64,000 nucleotides of DNA from a virus (Duplodnaviria > Heunggongvirae > Uroviricota > Caudoviricetes): the IMG/VR virus record IMGVR_UViG_3300017649_000001, positions 24,798 through 88,797 of that record; one strand, given 5' to 3'. Shown in pieces: positions 19,099 to 29,763 of this stretch; positions within the stretch are counted from its first letter, which is position 1; every line of letters begins with the position of its first letter. The notes under the pieces are model-generated. The model worked only from the letters and a program-made list of their open reading frames with translations, did no database searches and was not told where the DNA came from. The translations under genes were made by a program, and so were the position numbers.

Positions 19099-19689
19099 AT
19101 GCCAACTGGTTATACAGCTCCCGTCGTTGACGGTGAAATCACTTCCCTGAAGGAATTTGCCAAGCGTTGCGCACGTGCATTCGGCACATTCATTTTAATG
19201 CGCGATAAGCCACTCGACGCTGCACTGCCAACCAAGATCGATCCCGATGTTACGTTCTACGACCGCCGTATTTCGGAATGTGAGGAAGAGATAAAGCGCC
19301 TCACTGTTCTGGACGGTGATCGGCTTTACCTTGCACATGCGGCTGAGCAAGCCCGGCTGGCAGATTTGAAGGCTGAACACGTCAAATTGGTCGAGACCAA
19401 CAATAAGCGTCTCGATGATATGCGTGCGAAGGTTGAGAGCTGGAACGAATGCCTGCCGGAGATGCGTCAATTCATGCTGGAGCAGCTCGGTATATCCAAA
19501 GAAGAGATTTGGCTCGAACCTGAAACCCACGAGAACGAGACAGCGGAAGAGTGGCGCGAGCGCCTGTTGGAGAAGCACCACGAGGATATCGAGTATTGGC
19601 AAAAGATGCGCGCCGAAGAGGTCGCCCGCGCTCACGACAAACAAAAGTGGCTTGATGACTTCTACAAGTCGCTGGAGACAGCAGAATGA
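19099..19689 (+). CDS. hypothetical protein
   Basis: ORF preceded by TTGACA and the palindrome motif. Confidence 0.5.
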   Translation: MPTGYTAPVVDGEITSLKEFAKRCARAFGTFILMRDKPLDAALPTKIDPDVTFYDRRISECEEEIKRLTVLDGDRLYLAHAAEQARLADLKAEHVKLVETNNKRLDDMRAKVESWNECLPEMRQFMLEQLGISKEEIWLEPETHENETAEEWRERLLEKHHEDIEYWQKMRAEEVARAHDKQKWLDDFYKSLETAE

Positions 19690-19985
19690 AGTCGGGCGTA
19701 ATTATGAGTGAGATTCAGCGCCTTCGCCCTCATTATCAGACGCAAAGTATGCTGGATCACGGTCGTCGCCAGATGCTCGATCATTTCGAGAAGTTCCTTC
19801 AGTCGCAAGGTGCACATTCTCCAACGTCGGTGCATCCCACGGTTATCGCAGCGCAGATAACGGGCGCGCTCGATGAAATCAGGCGTGTCGCTATCTCCCT
19901 CGATGACGAGTTCTTCGTGGATCGGCTGTCCAAGCTCTGCGACGAAATTGAGGATAAACTTTTTGGAGCGCGCCATGCTTCTTGA
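19686..19985 (+). CDS. hypothetical protein
   Basis: ATGA-overlap ORF. Confidence 0.4.
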   Translation: MKSGVIMSEIQRLRPHYQTQSMLDHGRRQMLDHFEKFLQSQGAHSPTSVHPTVIAAQITGALDEIRRVAISLDDEFFVDRLSKLCDEIEDKLFGARHAS

Positions 19986-20107
19986 GGCTGTTGCCGTCGC
20001 GATGTGCATTCTCGTCGGTGCCGGCTTTCTGTCGCTGATCAATATCGGCATCGCTAATCTCGTAGAGCGATATATCGACTGGAAGCGATGGAAAAGAGAT
20101 CGCGATC

Positions 20108-20428
20108 ATGAATATCGTTGATTTTCATCGAGATGCGGTCCCTGGCGATTTTGTCTGGGTGTTCTATCCAGAAATTGGTTTCGAACTGCACAAAGTTGAG
20201 CAAGTTTCAAAGACTTCGATCTGGTGCAACGGCGGTCGCTACAACGCGAAAACCGGTAATCGTCTCCGAATGCCCGGATTCATCACGGGGACCGCAGGAA
20301 AAATCCAGCACGAGTGGCGAAGCAACCATCAAATGCAACTGTTGGACGCGATTGCAAAGATTGATGACGTAAGTGTGCTTAAAAAAATCGCAAGGATTGT
20401 TGGCTACAGCGCTGTAACTGGCTATTAG
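20108..20428 (+). CDS. hypothetical protein
   Basis: ORF. Confidence 0.4.
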   Translation: MNIVDFHRDAVPGDFVWVFYPEIGFELHKVEQVSKTSIWCNGGRYNAKTGNRLRMPGFITGTAGKIQHEWRSNHQMQLLDAIAKIDDVSVLKKIARIVGYSAVTGY

Positions 20429-20488
20429 GCCAGAAGATCATGAAATGGGGCGAGAATCTGCCGGGAGGACTCGGCATAGTGGGGCGTT

Positions 20489-20779
20489 GTGAATCTGACA
20501 TGGCATCAATGGACGGCCATTATTCGCGTAGGCGATATTGGCCGACCAGTTATACCGAGCGAAATTGCCGAACTTCCAAGAGCTGATAGACCGACAATTG
20601 GGCTGGCGAGCGCACATTCCACTCTTCGCAGCCTAGCTAATAAGGGCTACGTAGAGATTATCGCGATCAAGCCGAGGCAGTTTTTTCTCACTTATCAGGG
20701 GAAGTTAGCTTACGAGTACGCTCGGAAAAGCCGTATCCTCGAGAGCGATGGGCAGGCCATCTTTAAATTAGCGAGCTGA
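20489..20779 (+). CDS. hypothetical protein, possible winged-helix DNA-binding protein
   Basis: 'STLRSLANKGYVEIIAIKPRQ' resembles a MarR/PadR recognition helix plus wing. Confidence 0.4.
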   Translation: MNLTWHQWTAIIRVGDIGRPVIPSEIAELPRADRPTIGLASAHSTLRSLANKGYVEIIAIKPRQFFLTYQGKLAYEYARKSRILESDGQAIFKLAS

Positions 20780-20788
20780 TTTCGTGGA

Positions 20789-20820
20789 CTGCATTTGCCG
20801 AATGCAGTCCTCAGTTTTTG
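20789..20820 (+). terminator. intrinsic terminator (member of the GCATT..GCCGAATGC hairpin family)
   Basis: ctgcatt-tgccg-aatgcag hairpin followed by TTTTT. Confidence 0.6.
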
Positions 20821-20888
20821 TGTATATCAATAAATAACTGTTTATTTATTCTCATTAGTTCGTTAGTGAGGCGGCAGGAGAAGCAGCA

Positions 20889-21143
20889 ATGATAAAACTT
20901 TGGATGATCGTTCTGATGGGCACTCATATCGGCGGTGTAGCCGGTCCGCTGCCTTACGACATGAACGAATGTCAGCGCCGAGCTGGCGAGCTGGAAAATG
21001 CGCGTGTTGAGGCGATGCGCAGCGGCATCGCGGATGATGGCTCGAAGATTCCTGAGAAGAACATGAAGGTCTTTGAGACGATGCGGTTCAAATGCGTTGA
21101 AGCTCAGGAGCGTCCCGTGATGGGCGGGGATTGGAAAGAATGA
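20889..21143 (+). CDS. small secreted/membrane-anchored protein
   Basis: N-terminal hydrophobic signal-like segment. Confidence 0.4.
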   Translation: MIKLWMIVLMGTHIGGVAGPLPYDMNECQRRAGELENARVEAMRSGIADDGSKIPEKNMKVFETMRFKCVEAQERPVMGGDWKE

Positions 21144-21334
21144 GATCGAACCTTGCGGATATTGAGGTTCGAGTTCATCGGCGGACCGAGAAGGCAGTTC
21201 TCGTCAGTAACGACGGCGATTCCAAAAATGCTGTCTGGATACCAAAAAGCCAGTGCGAAATCGCTCACACACGTGGCGATGTTTTTACGCTGACTGCCGA
21301 ACAATCCCTGCTGGAAGAAAAGGAGCTGGTGTAA
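21131..21334 (+). CDS. hypothetical protein
   Basis: Small overlapping ORF. Confidence 0.35.
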   Translation: MERMRSNLADIEVRVHRRTEKAVLVSNDGDSKNAVWIPKSQCEIAHTRGDVFTLTAEQSLLEEKELV

Positions 21335-21999
21335 TGACCAGAAAGAAATCGTGTGGCTGCGTCATAGCGAACGGCAAAAACACGCCGGCTGTAAGACGGG
21401 GTTTTGAATTGGGTGGCTATGTAAAAGTCGAGTGTGATGAATGCCGAGAATGGCGTCTTGCAGCGGTGCCTGTAGCACCACCATCTTCAGTTTCGAGCGC
21501 CTATCAAGCGATCAAGGAGTTTTACGGAGATCGCACTGCGAAACGCAGCGGCGTTCCGCTCATTAATCATATCGATGAAGGTCTTATTATCCTGAAGCGA
21601 TACGACGCCGATCAGGATACGCTCGACGCCTATTGCTTGCATCCATTAACGCAGGCTGATGGCGAACTGGTAGTGTTCGATCCGTCTCCGTTCAGCCCGC
21701 GAGCAGTGATGCTTGCGATGGAATATCGTCATACGGCGAACGCTTATCTTGCCTCCAACACTATGCCCGCCGGTGGCATCAAACGCAGCCCTCTGGTGGA
21801 GGTCGATTTGATGCTGATTGCTGACAAGGTTCAGAACCGTAAGGATTTTCTGATCCACCACCAGGCGCATCCAAACTTCGCGAGATTGGACGAGTATTTC
21901 AAAGAGTGGTTGGCAGCCTTGAACGTTTCCGAGAGCGATTACCAGGAGCTGCTCGCTTTGATAGCGGTCGCTGAAACCGCTCATATCGGCGTTAATTGA
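21334..21999 (+). CDS. hypothetical protein
   Basis: RBS aaggag before ATG 21334; Cys-rich N-terminus. Confidence 0.45.
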   Translation: MTRKKSCGCVIANGKNTPAVRRGFELGGYVKVECDECREWRLAAVPVAPPSSVSSAYQAIKEFYGDRTAKRSGVPLINHIDEGLIILKRYDADQDTLDAYCLHPLTQADGELVVFDPSPFSPRAVMLAMEYRHTANAYLASNTMPAGGIKRSPLVEVDLMLIADKVQNRKDFLIHHQAHPNFARLDEYFKEWLAALNVSESDYQELLALIAVAETAHIGVN

Positions 22000-22311
22000 T
22001 ATGTGCATTCTTAAAAAGGATGGTCCTTTCTGGTTTGCGTCCATTCGTACAGGGCCGCCAATAATCGCCACCAGGATGCGCTGTAAGTCGTGTATCGGAC
22101 AAGGCTTCACCACCATAAATCCAGGACTTCTGAAGCTGTCTGAAACGGTGACGATTAGAACGGGAACAACGGTTTCATGCCGGAAGTGCCAAGGAACGGG
22201 AGATTTGGTAGCCGCGATTTACACACGCGGAAAATCGATCACTCCAATTATCTCTCGTCGGAGAAAGCAGTGAGAAATGGCTAAGGATGTGATCATCTTA
22301 GGAGCGGTATT

Positions 22312-23445
22312 ATGACGGACGAACGCAAGGAAGCCTTCCTCAAAGTTTGGTTTGATGCACCTGAAAACATTCATTGGGCGCATGGAATGTCGAACGGTGT
22401 GGAAAAGGACATAAGCGATACCTTTGACCGAGCTATTGCCGCTTGGAACACCCGCCCCGCGCCTGCCGCTACAGATACTGGTCTTGGTAAACCAGTAAGA
22501 AGCTTTGAAGATACTTTCAGCGCTGAAGAGGTGGTTATTGATAAGTTCTTTAAAACTGCCGCTACAGATACGGGACTGGAGACGGTGGCTTGGCAGCATC
22601 AAGATTATGACGAATGGCACGAGACGCGCGTTCCTGAATACCACAAAAACCGAGGCAAGAACGTCCGCGAACTCGTCACCCGCTCGCAGGCTGAGGAACT
22701 ATTGGCGGCGGAACGGGCGGAGCATGATAATACACTTGCTACGCTCTTCAATAATATCTTGCGGGAAGCCGAACTTACCGACGAATGCACAGCCCTGAAA
22801 GCCGACAACGAGGCGGAACGCGCGGAGAAGGAACAAGCCAAGGACGATCTCACAAGGGTGCTTGTTCATTTCGTCCGAGAGCATTTCCCGGAGAACACGA
22901 CATTTAAGCCATTTGACGACCTCATTGGGCTTATCACGCAATTCGACAACGCCAGCACAATTGCAAGGGAATATGTGTCGCGCATTCGCTCGCTCGAAGC
23001 CGACAACGCGGCGCTCATCCATGACCTAACCCGTATCAAAGATCATGAAACAGAACTGGTCAATGACAACGCGGCGATGGATGCGCGGATTAAGGAGTTG
23101 GAGAAATACTTCGATAAGTGCATCTCAAATGAAACGTTTCTTAAGCAAGACGCTCGCCGTGTTGGACAAATCGAAGCCCTAGAAGCCAAGCTCGCGGCTG
23201 CTGAAAAGGAACGCGACTACTGGAAGGAAGATAGTCGAGCTAAGGGGTTCGTCCTGGAGTCCGGTGTAGTCATTAAGACGGAAGAGTACGAAAGACTTCT
23301 GGAAATCGAACGTAAGCTCACCGCGGCAAAGCAACTTGCTGAACTCGTCGTTCAGGCTGAGGAAGATGAAAGCGGTGATCCAAACTTCTATCTTCTTTTG
23401 AAGCAGACGGCTTATGAGAAGGCCAACGTGGTCCTAGGGAAATAG
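22312..23445 (+). CDS. coiled-coil hypothetical protein
   Basis: Long heptad-rich ORF; internal duplicated peptide 'AATDTGL'. Confidence 0.5.
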   Translation: MTDERKEAFLKVWFDAPENIHWAHGMSNGVEKDISDTFDRAIAAWNTRPAPAATDTGLGKPVRSFEDTFSAEEVVIDKFFKTAATDTGLETVAWQHQDYDEWHETRVPEYHKNRGKNVRELVTRSQAEELLAAERAEHDNTLATLFNNILREAELTDECTALKADNEAERAEKEQAKDDLTRVLVHFVREHFPENTTFKPFDDLIGLITQFDNASTIAREYVSRIRSLEADNAALIHDLTRIKDHETELVNDNAAMDARIKELEKYFDKCISNETFLKQDARRVGQIEALEAKLAAAEKERDYWKEDSRAKGFVLESGVVIKTEEYERLLEIERKLTAAKQLAELVVQAEEDESGDPNFYLLLKQTAYEKANVVLGK

Positions 23446-23598
23446 TCGTGGTCGACAATCTCCTTCTATTTCTCGCGGCCATTATTTGCGGTTTCATTGT
23501 CTGGAGTTATCCGCGGTGATCGTTGCTGAATAAACCGAACGATCTCCATAATGCTTGTCGCTATAACTAACTCAATCGTTAATTACACAGAGGCGAAA

Positions 23599-24741
23599 AT
23601 GTCTATCATCACACTCACGAAAGAGTATGTTGCGGAAATCGATGCTTATGTTCCTCGTGTCAATGTTGGCGGACGTGTCGCGTATATGATGCGTTTTTTC
23701 CGCAGTTTGTTTCCGGAAGCGCTCAACGAAAAGTGCCAACAGATGGCCGAAAAGCGCTTCTTGGATCTCCATCCCGATGATGTAATCGACGTGCGGGCCT
23801 CGGAGTGCTCAAATTACGGTCGCTATATTTTTGCCGATGCTGTCGACCGATATGTGAGCTTCGCCAACAATTCCAACGAAATGGCGTTGATTACGAAGTC
23901 CAGCAGCTTTTTTGCGGGGCGCAATGTTGGTCGGCGTGACGCGCTCGCAGAGCGACAACTAGCGTTGCGGCTCGACGCGCCATCGAACGTGGTGAAACTT
24001 CGGGCTAATGAGTCCAAACCACGTCTCAGCGCGCGGGCATTAACTCTGCTCGACAAGCCGATACCTCTCTCACGACGAGGGAAAATCGACACGACCTCTT
24101 CCGTCGAATACGAACGCATCGCATTTCAGATGGCGCGTGATCGTCTGGCGTTCTTCTATCGGATCGATCTTGATCAGCAATTGGTCAATGAGGTGACCTT
24201 CGGTGGCGGCACACTTGCGCCAATTCTGAAAACAACGGTCGTCAATCACCTGGAACATCGCTTACAGCGCATGTTCAATGGGGCGACGGCATCTGTCCAC
24301 GAATCGAACGGCAGATTTGTTCTTTGCGGTTTGATCTTCGTTGGTCCGATTGTCGAAGTTAATGCCAGCGAGAAGCTACCTGCGCTCATTGGTTCAGACC
24401 GGATCGACAAGACGCGTAAGTTGATAGGCAGCATCTTCGCTCACCGCACTCACATTATCGGTCACGGCAAGATTTCAGTTCATTGCGTAACTGATCCTCG
24501 CTTCTACTACGGCATGATGGCCGACAATAGCGAGCTTCTGTTCGAAGGTATTGCGCCGCTTACCCGAAGCTCTCGCAAGAAACGCACGCTTCCGCAGCCA
24601 TATGTCTCAGCGAGCCTTCGTCGGGAAATCCATGAGTGGAACCGAAAGCGGCAAATCAGTGTCTCTGATCGCATGACCGCCGCTTTAAAGGCGGTTGTCG
24701 AGCGCAAGGCTCAATTCAACAGCCATACACAGGCAGCATAG
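23599..24741 (+). CDS. hypothetical protein
   Basis: ORF after TTGTCG and the palindrome motif; RBS agagg. Confidence 0.5.
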   Translation: MSIITLTKEYVAEIDAYVPRVNVGGRVAYMMRFFRSLFPEALNEKCQQMAEKRFLDLHPDDVIDVRASECSNYGRYIFADAVDRYVSFANNSNEMALITKSSSFFAGRNVGRRDALAERQLALRLDAPSNVVKLRANESKPRLSARALTLLDKPIPLSRRGKIDTTSSVEYERIAFQMARDRLAFFYRIDLDQQLVNEVTFGGGTLAPILKTTVVNHLEHRLQRMFNGATASVHESNGRFVLCGLIFVGPIVEVNASEKLPALIGSDRIDKTRKLIGSIFAHRTHIIGHGKISVHCVTDPRFYYGMMADNSELLFEGIAPLTRSSRKKRTLPQPYVSASLRREIHEWNRKRQISVSDRMTAALKAVVERKAQFNSHTQAA

Positions 24742-24749
24742 GGGTAATT

Positions 24750-25433
24750 ATGGGCAAGGTATTTGCAATCGGCGACATTCATGGCCGTTTCGATCTTCTG
24801 GAGAAAGCTATCGAGGAGATCGAGGCTTGTAGCCACACCGGCGGTATAGTCGTCTTTCTGGGAGACTATATTGATCGCGGTCCGCAGAGTCGTGAAGTGA
24901 TCGAACGTCTAATGGCTGGGCCTTCGGATGCGGAGCGCTGGCATTGGATCTGCCTGCAGGGTAATCACGAGGACATGCTCCTTTCATGCATCGATGATGC
25001 AAAGATGGCGAACAACTGGTGGATGCCAAACGGTGGAGCGCAGACGCTAATGTCATACGGCGCGCAAAACGGCGATGAACTTTCGTCGGCACTACGGCGC
25101 GTCCCACAGCAGCACATTTCCTGGCTTCGATCTCTTCCACCGCTCTCCTATGACGACAATCGGATTTATGTTCACGCGAGCGTCGATGAAACCATCGATC
25201 TCGAGAACCATACTTCGAAGATTCTGCAATGGGATCGCTTCCCTGACGGCCACACCGGTGGCTATCGCGGAAAGCACATCGTTCATGGGCACACACCCCA
25301 TCGTGAGGTTGAACTGCACGAGGGGCGAACCAATCTCGATACCAACGCTGTCTTTACCGGCGTACTTTCTGTTGGCGTCTTCGATGATGATCAACCAGGC
25401 GGCCCGGTTCGCGTCATTTCCGTACGCGCATAA
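24750..25433 (+). CDS. Ser/Thr protein phosphatase (lambda PPase-like metallophosphoesterase)
   Basis: 'GDIHGRFDLL', 'GDYIDRGPQS', 'GNHE' motifs. Confidence 0.8.
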   Translation: MGKVFAIGDIHGRFDLLEKAIEEIEACSHTGGIVVFLGDYIDRGPQSREVIERLMAGPSDAERWHWICLQGNHEDMLLSCIDDAKMANNWWMPNGGAQTLMSYGAQNGDELSSALRRVPQQHISWLRSLPPLSYDDNRIYVHASVDETIDLENHTSKILQWDRFPDGHTGGYRGKHIVHGHTPHREVELHEGRTNLDTNAVFTGVLSVGVFDDDQPGGPVRVISVRA

Positions 25434-25454
25434 CTAACTATCTGGTGAGATAAT

Positions 25455-25739
25455 ATGAAGCGAGTATTGAGATACACCCCGCCTTTCAATCCAATTATCA
25501 ATCTCTCACTGCCGTGGGGCGCCAAACTGGTTCTGGTCGATAAGGCAAGCCCTCATCACTACGCGGAAACAGGCAATCCCGTCTCCTTCTGGTTTGAAGT
25601 CGATGACAGTCGATCGGAGCACATTCGCTCCTTCTTTGTCGTCGGAACTGGATTCGAGATTCCGAAAGGTGCTGGCGACTGGATGACCAGCGTCAATGTC
25701 GATGGCTACATCTGGCACATCTACGAAAAAGTGTCGTGA
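25455..25739 (+). CDS. hypothetical protein
   Basis: ORF after the palindrome motif. Confidence 0.4.
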   Translation: MKRVLRYTPPFNPIINLSLPWGAKLVLVDKASPHHYAETGNPVSFWFEVDDSRSEHIRSFFVVGTGFEIPKGAGDWMTSVNVDGYIWHIYEKVS

Positions 25740-25840
25740 AACTTGCCAACTTCTCGCAGTTGTTGCCGCATGTAACCCTCTGATTTTTATGCGAATTTAA
25801 ATTCAGACAACAACACAATTCGCGTTTTAAGGAGATAGCT

Positions 25841-26095
25841 ATGAAGAATATCAGTCGTATCGCTTTTGTCGCCCTAATGGCCGGTTCGGTCGTCGGTTGC
25901 GCAAGTGTGCCGGAAACGAAGTCCGGGGTCGATCCTCAGAAGGTTGCGTCCGTAACGAAATGCGTTCGCACCAAGCCGGTCGGGCAATTTGATGAGAACT
26001 GCGATGAACCAAAGCTTGGCTGGAAGGGCGCAAACGGCGGCGATTTCATCATCATCCAGGGCGGCGGTATCTCTGGATCCATCGCAGGCTTCTAA
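25841..26095 (+). CDS. small lipoprotein
   Basis: Signal peptide and lipobox 'LMAGSVVGCAS'; RBS aaggag. Confidence 0.5.
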   Translation: MKNISRIAFVALMAGSVVGCASVPETKSGVDPQKVASVTKCVRTKPVGQFDENCDEPKLGWKGANGGDFIIIQGGGISGSIAGF

Positions 26096-26097
26096 TA

Positions 26098-26534
26098 TGA
26101 GCAGGCGGTTCCCCAAGGTGAAGGTCGACAAGAAAGGTATGGCTGTCCTTTCGGGCATCCATATTCGCGATCTGTGTTCGATCTTCACCGCCGCTTCTCT
26201 GCATCATTACGATACGGAGAAGAATTATCGCAGCGGTGGCGAGCGATATGAGGAAGCCCTGCGGGATCGTGCCGAAGATAAGTACGGCTTAGGCGAGATA
26301 AGTTGGCGAAACCACTTGGATAATTGCACCTGGGTCCGCCGAATACGTCTGCTTATCGATAGCCTTGATCACCCGCCCTACAACCACGGCTATAACGATA
26401 TTCCGGTGTCGCAACTCGACAAATCGGGCAGGTTTTGCAGGCTACGTGCCGTCCGCGAGCAGCGAGACCAGCGACTCCTCATCAAGAAAATCGTGGAAGA
26501 GGCACTCGCAAGCAAAGGAGTGACTAATGTCTGA
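26098..26534 (+). CDS. hypothetical protein
   Basis: ORF starting 'MSRRFPKVKV'. Confidence 0.4.
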
Positions 26535-26904
26535 AAAGACCGTGAATGCATATCTGATTCATCTAACGTCGGGCGACGGCGACACAACGCTAACCTTGGT
26601 CAATCATGAAACCTGGAGTTGGTTCATGGAGCGCATCGATAGTCCAGACGAGGTTTTCGCAGAACCGCCGGAGGAGCAGGTCGTCGGGGTTATGGCTTCA
26701 AACGAGTGTTCGCGCAAAGAGGCAATTAATCTCCTGAACGGCTACGAGGATTCCGGCTCGCTTGACAACGATATCGCGCTACTGATGGTGCCAAGCAAGT
26801 TCGATGGTGAGATTTATGCGGACGACACCATTTCCGGACTGTTCGCATTTGTGACCAAACACAAGCTTACGCTCACCGACGAGTATAACGGGTTCATGTA
26901 CTGA
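26527..26904 (+). CDS. hypothetical protein
   Basis: Overlapping ORF. Confidence 0.4.
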   Translation: MSEKTVNAYLIHLTSGDGDTTLTLVNHETWSWFMERIDSPDEVFAEPPEEQVVGVMASNECSRKEAINLLNGYEDSGSLDNDIALLMVPSKFDGEIYADDTISGLFAFVTKHKLTLTDEYNGFMY

Positions 26905-26969
26905 CCCGACCAGCGATTATCGCTCCTCGCGGCCGACGCCGTTCAACAGCACATCGGACAGGAGTTTCT

Positions 26970-27482
26970 ATGTCCACAAGGTCATTAATTGGCCGTCTGA
27001 ACGCGGACGGAACGGTTACTTACGTCTATTGTCACTACGACGGTTATCTGGATGGGGTTGGCGCAAAGCTGCACGATTTTTATCAGGATGCGTCGAAGGT
27101 TGACGAGCTGATCGGCTTGGGCAGCCTCTCATCGATTGGCGAGCATATCGGTGAGAAGCATGACTTCAACTGGATGGAGAATATTTGGAACGAGCACGGT
27201 TACGACCCTCGGACCTATTCAACTGAAGTTAAAGCGAAGTATGACCGGCTCAACAGTATGACGCTCGCCTATCATCGGGATCGCGGTGAGAAATTCGCCG
27301 ACGAAATCGTGAAGGACGAGGCAGCGTTCTGGGTCGCAGATCAGTGGACCGAATACTGGTATCTGTTCAAAGACGGCTCTTGGTGGGTCAAATGCTATGA
27401 CGCGGAACCATTGCTTCTAACCGCTGCTATCGAGCTGGAAGAGGCTAATGCGGAAGGTAATGATCTAGAAGCCGCAGAATGA
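26970..27482 (+). CDS. hypothetical protein
   Basis: ORF with RBS ggag. Confidence 0.45.
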   Translation: MSTRSLIGRLNADGTVTYVYCHYDGYLDGVGAKLHDFYQDASKVDELIGLGSLSSIGEHIGEKHDFNWMENIWNEHGYDPRTYSTEVKAKYDRLNSMTLAYHRDRGEKFADEIVKDEAAFWVADQWTEYWYLFKDGSWWVKCYDAEPLLLTAAIELEEANAEGNDLEAAE

Positions 27483-27624
27483 CGAAGATCTTCCCTTCGA
27501 TAATGATCCTCATGTCGCTCGGCGCTGCAGTCACCTATCTATTCGATGGTGACTGGCGTCGGACGATATACTGGATCGCGGCAGCAATTCTCACCACCAC
27601 GGTGACGTTTTAAAGGAGAACACC

Positions 27625-29034
27625 GTGAGCGATATCACCGGTGATACACTTATCAAATGGGGCTTCAAGCCTGGTCCGGCATTTAAGCAAATGCTTGATG
27701 AAGGTAATAAGCTTCTCAAGGGTGGCGCCTCATCGATGGAAGTTTTTCATCGTCTACAGGAGCTTAAACCTGTTGAGGTGCCGACTATTCCGCTTCGCAC
27801 CAATTCCATCCCTTTCGGTCAGTTTATCGAGCCTGAAACCGACGATGAAATTGAGAATACCAACGCCGTAATTCAGCACATGGATGCGCTTATGCGCGTT
27901 CCGACAATTAAGGCTGGCGCGATCATGCCAGACGCCTGCCCTTCTGGCTCAGCCCTCGGTACGATACCAGTCGGCGGCGTTGTCGCTTGTGAGAATGCGA
28001 TCCATCCGGGGTTTCATTCCGCTGATATCTGTTGCTCGATGGCGATCTCTGTATTTAAACGGCGCGAAGACGCGTCCAAAATTCTCGACGCCGCTATGAA
28101 GGTTTCACATTTCGGTCCTGGCAAGCGTACCGCCACTGAGGCGCGTCAACACAAGGATCTGGTGGCTCTGGTCAAAAGCTTCGATGCTAACCCGTTCCTC
28201 AAAGGTCTCGAGGACTATGGTATTCATCACTTCATGACGCAAGGTGACGGAAATCACTTCTTCTACGTGGGCGAGCTGGAATCGGCCGGGCAGACGGTCA
28301 TCGTTACCCACCATGGCTCTCGTGGTCTGGGTGGCGCGCTCTACAAGCGAGGAAAAGCAGCAGCAGAAAAGCACACCAAAATTGTTGCTCCGCGCGTCCC
28401 GCTGCATAATGCCTGGATCGAGGCAGACAGCCAGATCGGTCAAGACTACTGGGCTGCACTTCAGGTCACCCGTCAATGGACGAAGATGAATCACTTCGCC
28501 ATTCACGACGCGGTAGCAAAGCGTATCGGAAACTCCGTGGTTGATCGCTTCTGGAACGAACATAATTTCGTCTTCCAGAAATCAGACGGGTTATTCTATC
28601 ACGCAAAAGGTGCCACACCTGCCTATAGCGGCTACAGTGATGACGATCAGGGACTTACTCTCATTCCTCTGAATATGGCTCAGCCGATTTTGATCGCAGG
28701 ACATTCGAGAAGTGATCACGCGCTCGGCTTTGCGCCGCACGGCGCAGGTCGGAATATGTCAAGAACCACGCATATCAAGCGGCTTACCGCTGAGTTTGGT
28801 GACTCACGCGGATTGGGTCCAAAAGCTATTGAAGCAATCATGGCGCGAGAGACTGCCGGCTTGGACGTCAGATTCTACACCGGCGCTCCTGACGTCTCCG
28901 AACTGCCGAGCGCTTATAAGAATGCCGGACAGGTGCAGGAACAGATCCGCAAACATCGACTTGCGACAATAAACAGCCGCATCTTACCTCTCGGTTCTAT
29001 TATGGCCGGCGAGGTTAAGTGGAAGAAGATCTAA
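27625..29034 (+). CDS. rtcB: RtcB-family RNA ligase
   Basis: RtcB motifs 'GDGNHFF', 'HHGSRGLG', 'APHGAGRNMSR'; GTG start with RBS aaggag. Confidence 0.8.
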   Translation: MSDITGDTLIKWGFKPGPAFKQMLDEGNKLLKGGASSMEVFHRLQELKPVEVPTIPLRTNSIPFGQFIEPETDDEIENTNAVIQHMDALMRVPTIKAGAIMPDACPSGSALGTIPVGGVVACENAIHPGFHSADICCSMAISVFKRREDASKILDAAMKVSHFGPGKRTATEARQHKDLVALVKSFDANPFLKGLEDYGIHHFMTQGDGNHFFYVGELESAGQTVIVTHHGSRGLGGALYKRGKAAAEKHTKIVAPRVPLHNAWIEADSQIGQDYWAALQVTRQWTKMNHFAIHDAVAKRIGNSVVDRFWNEHNFVFQKSDGLFYHAKGATPAYSGYSDDDQGLTLIPLNMAQPILIAGHSRSDHALGFAPHGAGRNMSRTTHIKRLTAEFGDSRGLGPKAIEAIMARETAGLDVRFYTGAPDVSELPSAYKNAGQVQEQIRKHRLATINSRILPLGSIMAGEVKWKKI

Positions 29035-29042
29035 CCTTAACG

Positions 29043-29100
29043 TAAACTGCCGCTCAATAAACGAAAAAAACCCAGGATCACCACTGACCTGGGTTTTCTA
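29043..29100. terminator. bidirectional intrinsic terminator
   Basis: A7-cccagg...cctggg-TTTTCT. Confidence 0.7.
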
Positions 29101-29103
29101 CGG

Positions 29104-29319
29104 TTACTGAACGTGAGTTATTTCGTTTTGAGTAGGTTCGTATAGATGAGAAAGTCCGAAGAGAACGATGTTAGAGGCTGCCTCTTCCACAGTCCTACTA
29201 ACGAGTGGCACCGCTTTACTGTCTAAAGTTAGTCCCCTGCGCCGAATGAGACTTTGTGTGTGTTGCATTAATTCGTCCACGAGGGACGCCCTCAATTCCG
29301 ATAGTTCGGTGTCATTCAT
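29104..29319 (-). CDS. hypothetical protein (minus strand, within the AT-rich island)
   Basis: ORF on the opposite strand directly after the bidirectional terminator; lower GC than its surroundings. Confidence 0.3.
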   Translation of the reverse strand: MNDTELSELRASLVDELMQHTQSLIRRRGLTLDSKAVPLVSRTVEEAASNIVLFGLSHLYEPTQNEITHVQ

Positions 29320-29538
29320 TTTGTATCTTTTTCGATCTCATATTTCCTGTGATTGCTGGTTTCGAAGTTTCTTCCCTTCGCCCTCCTGCGACCGCACCTC
29401 TACTCCAAAAAATATGGGGATGACAACTCGAATCATTATTTTATGCACCAAATAAATACGAATTGATTAATTATTTCGATTGAAAAGCCCGGCACCAGAT
29501 CACTATAATTAAAGAGGATAAAATTCTAGGATAAGACG

Positions 29539-29763
29539 ATGAATCAAGAACGCCTAATGTATTGCGCAACTATATTTCTTGTTGAAATGAGTAAGAATTT
29601 TCACAAGTTAAATCCAAATTCCGGCGTTAACTTGCCTACTATTGAGAGTTATCCCGAATCCCACCGGTCCGCATTACTATCTTCTCTCGAAAAGGCTATT
29701 AGATCGGCGTCGTCAGAAGCCGATTCTTCTTATGAGAACTGGAAAACTTCAAGAGCGAATTAG
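29539..29763 (+). CDS. hypothetical protein (AT-rich moron-like gene)
   Basis: ORF with markedly lower GC than the surrounding genes. Confidence 0.35.
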   Translation: MNQERLMYCATIFLVEMSKNFHKLNPNSGVNLPTIESYPESHRSALLSSLEKAIRSASSEADSSYENWKTSRAN

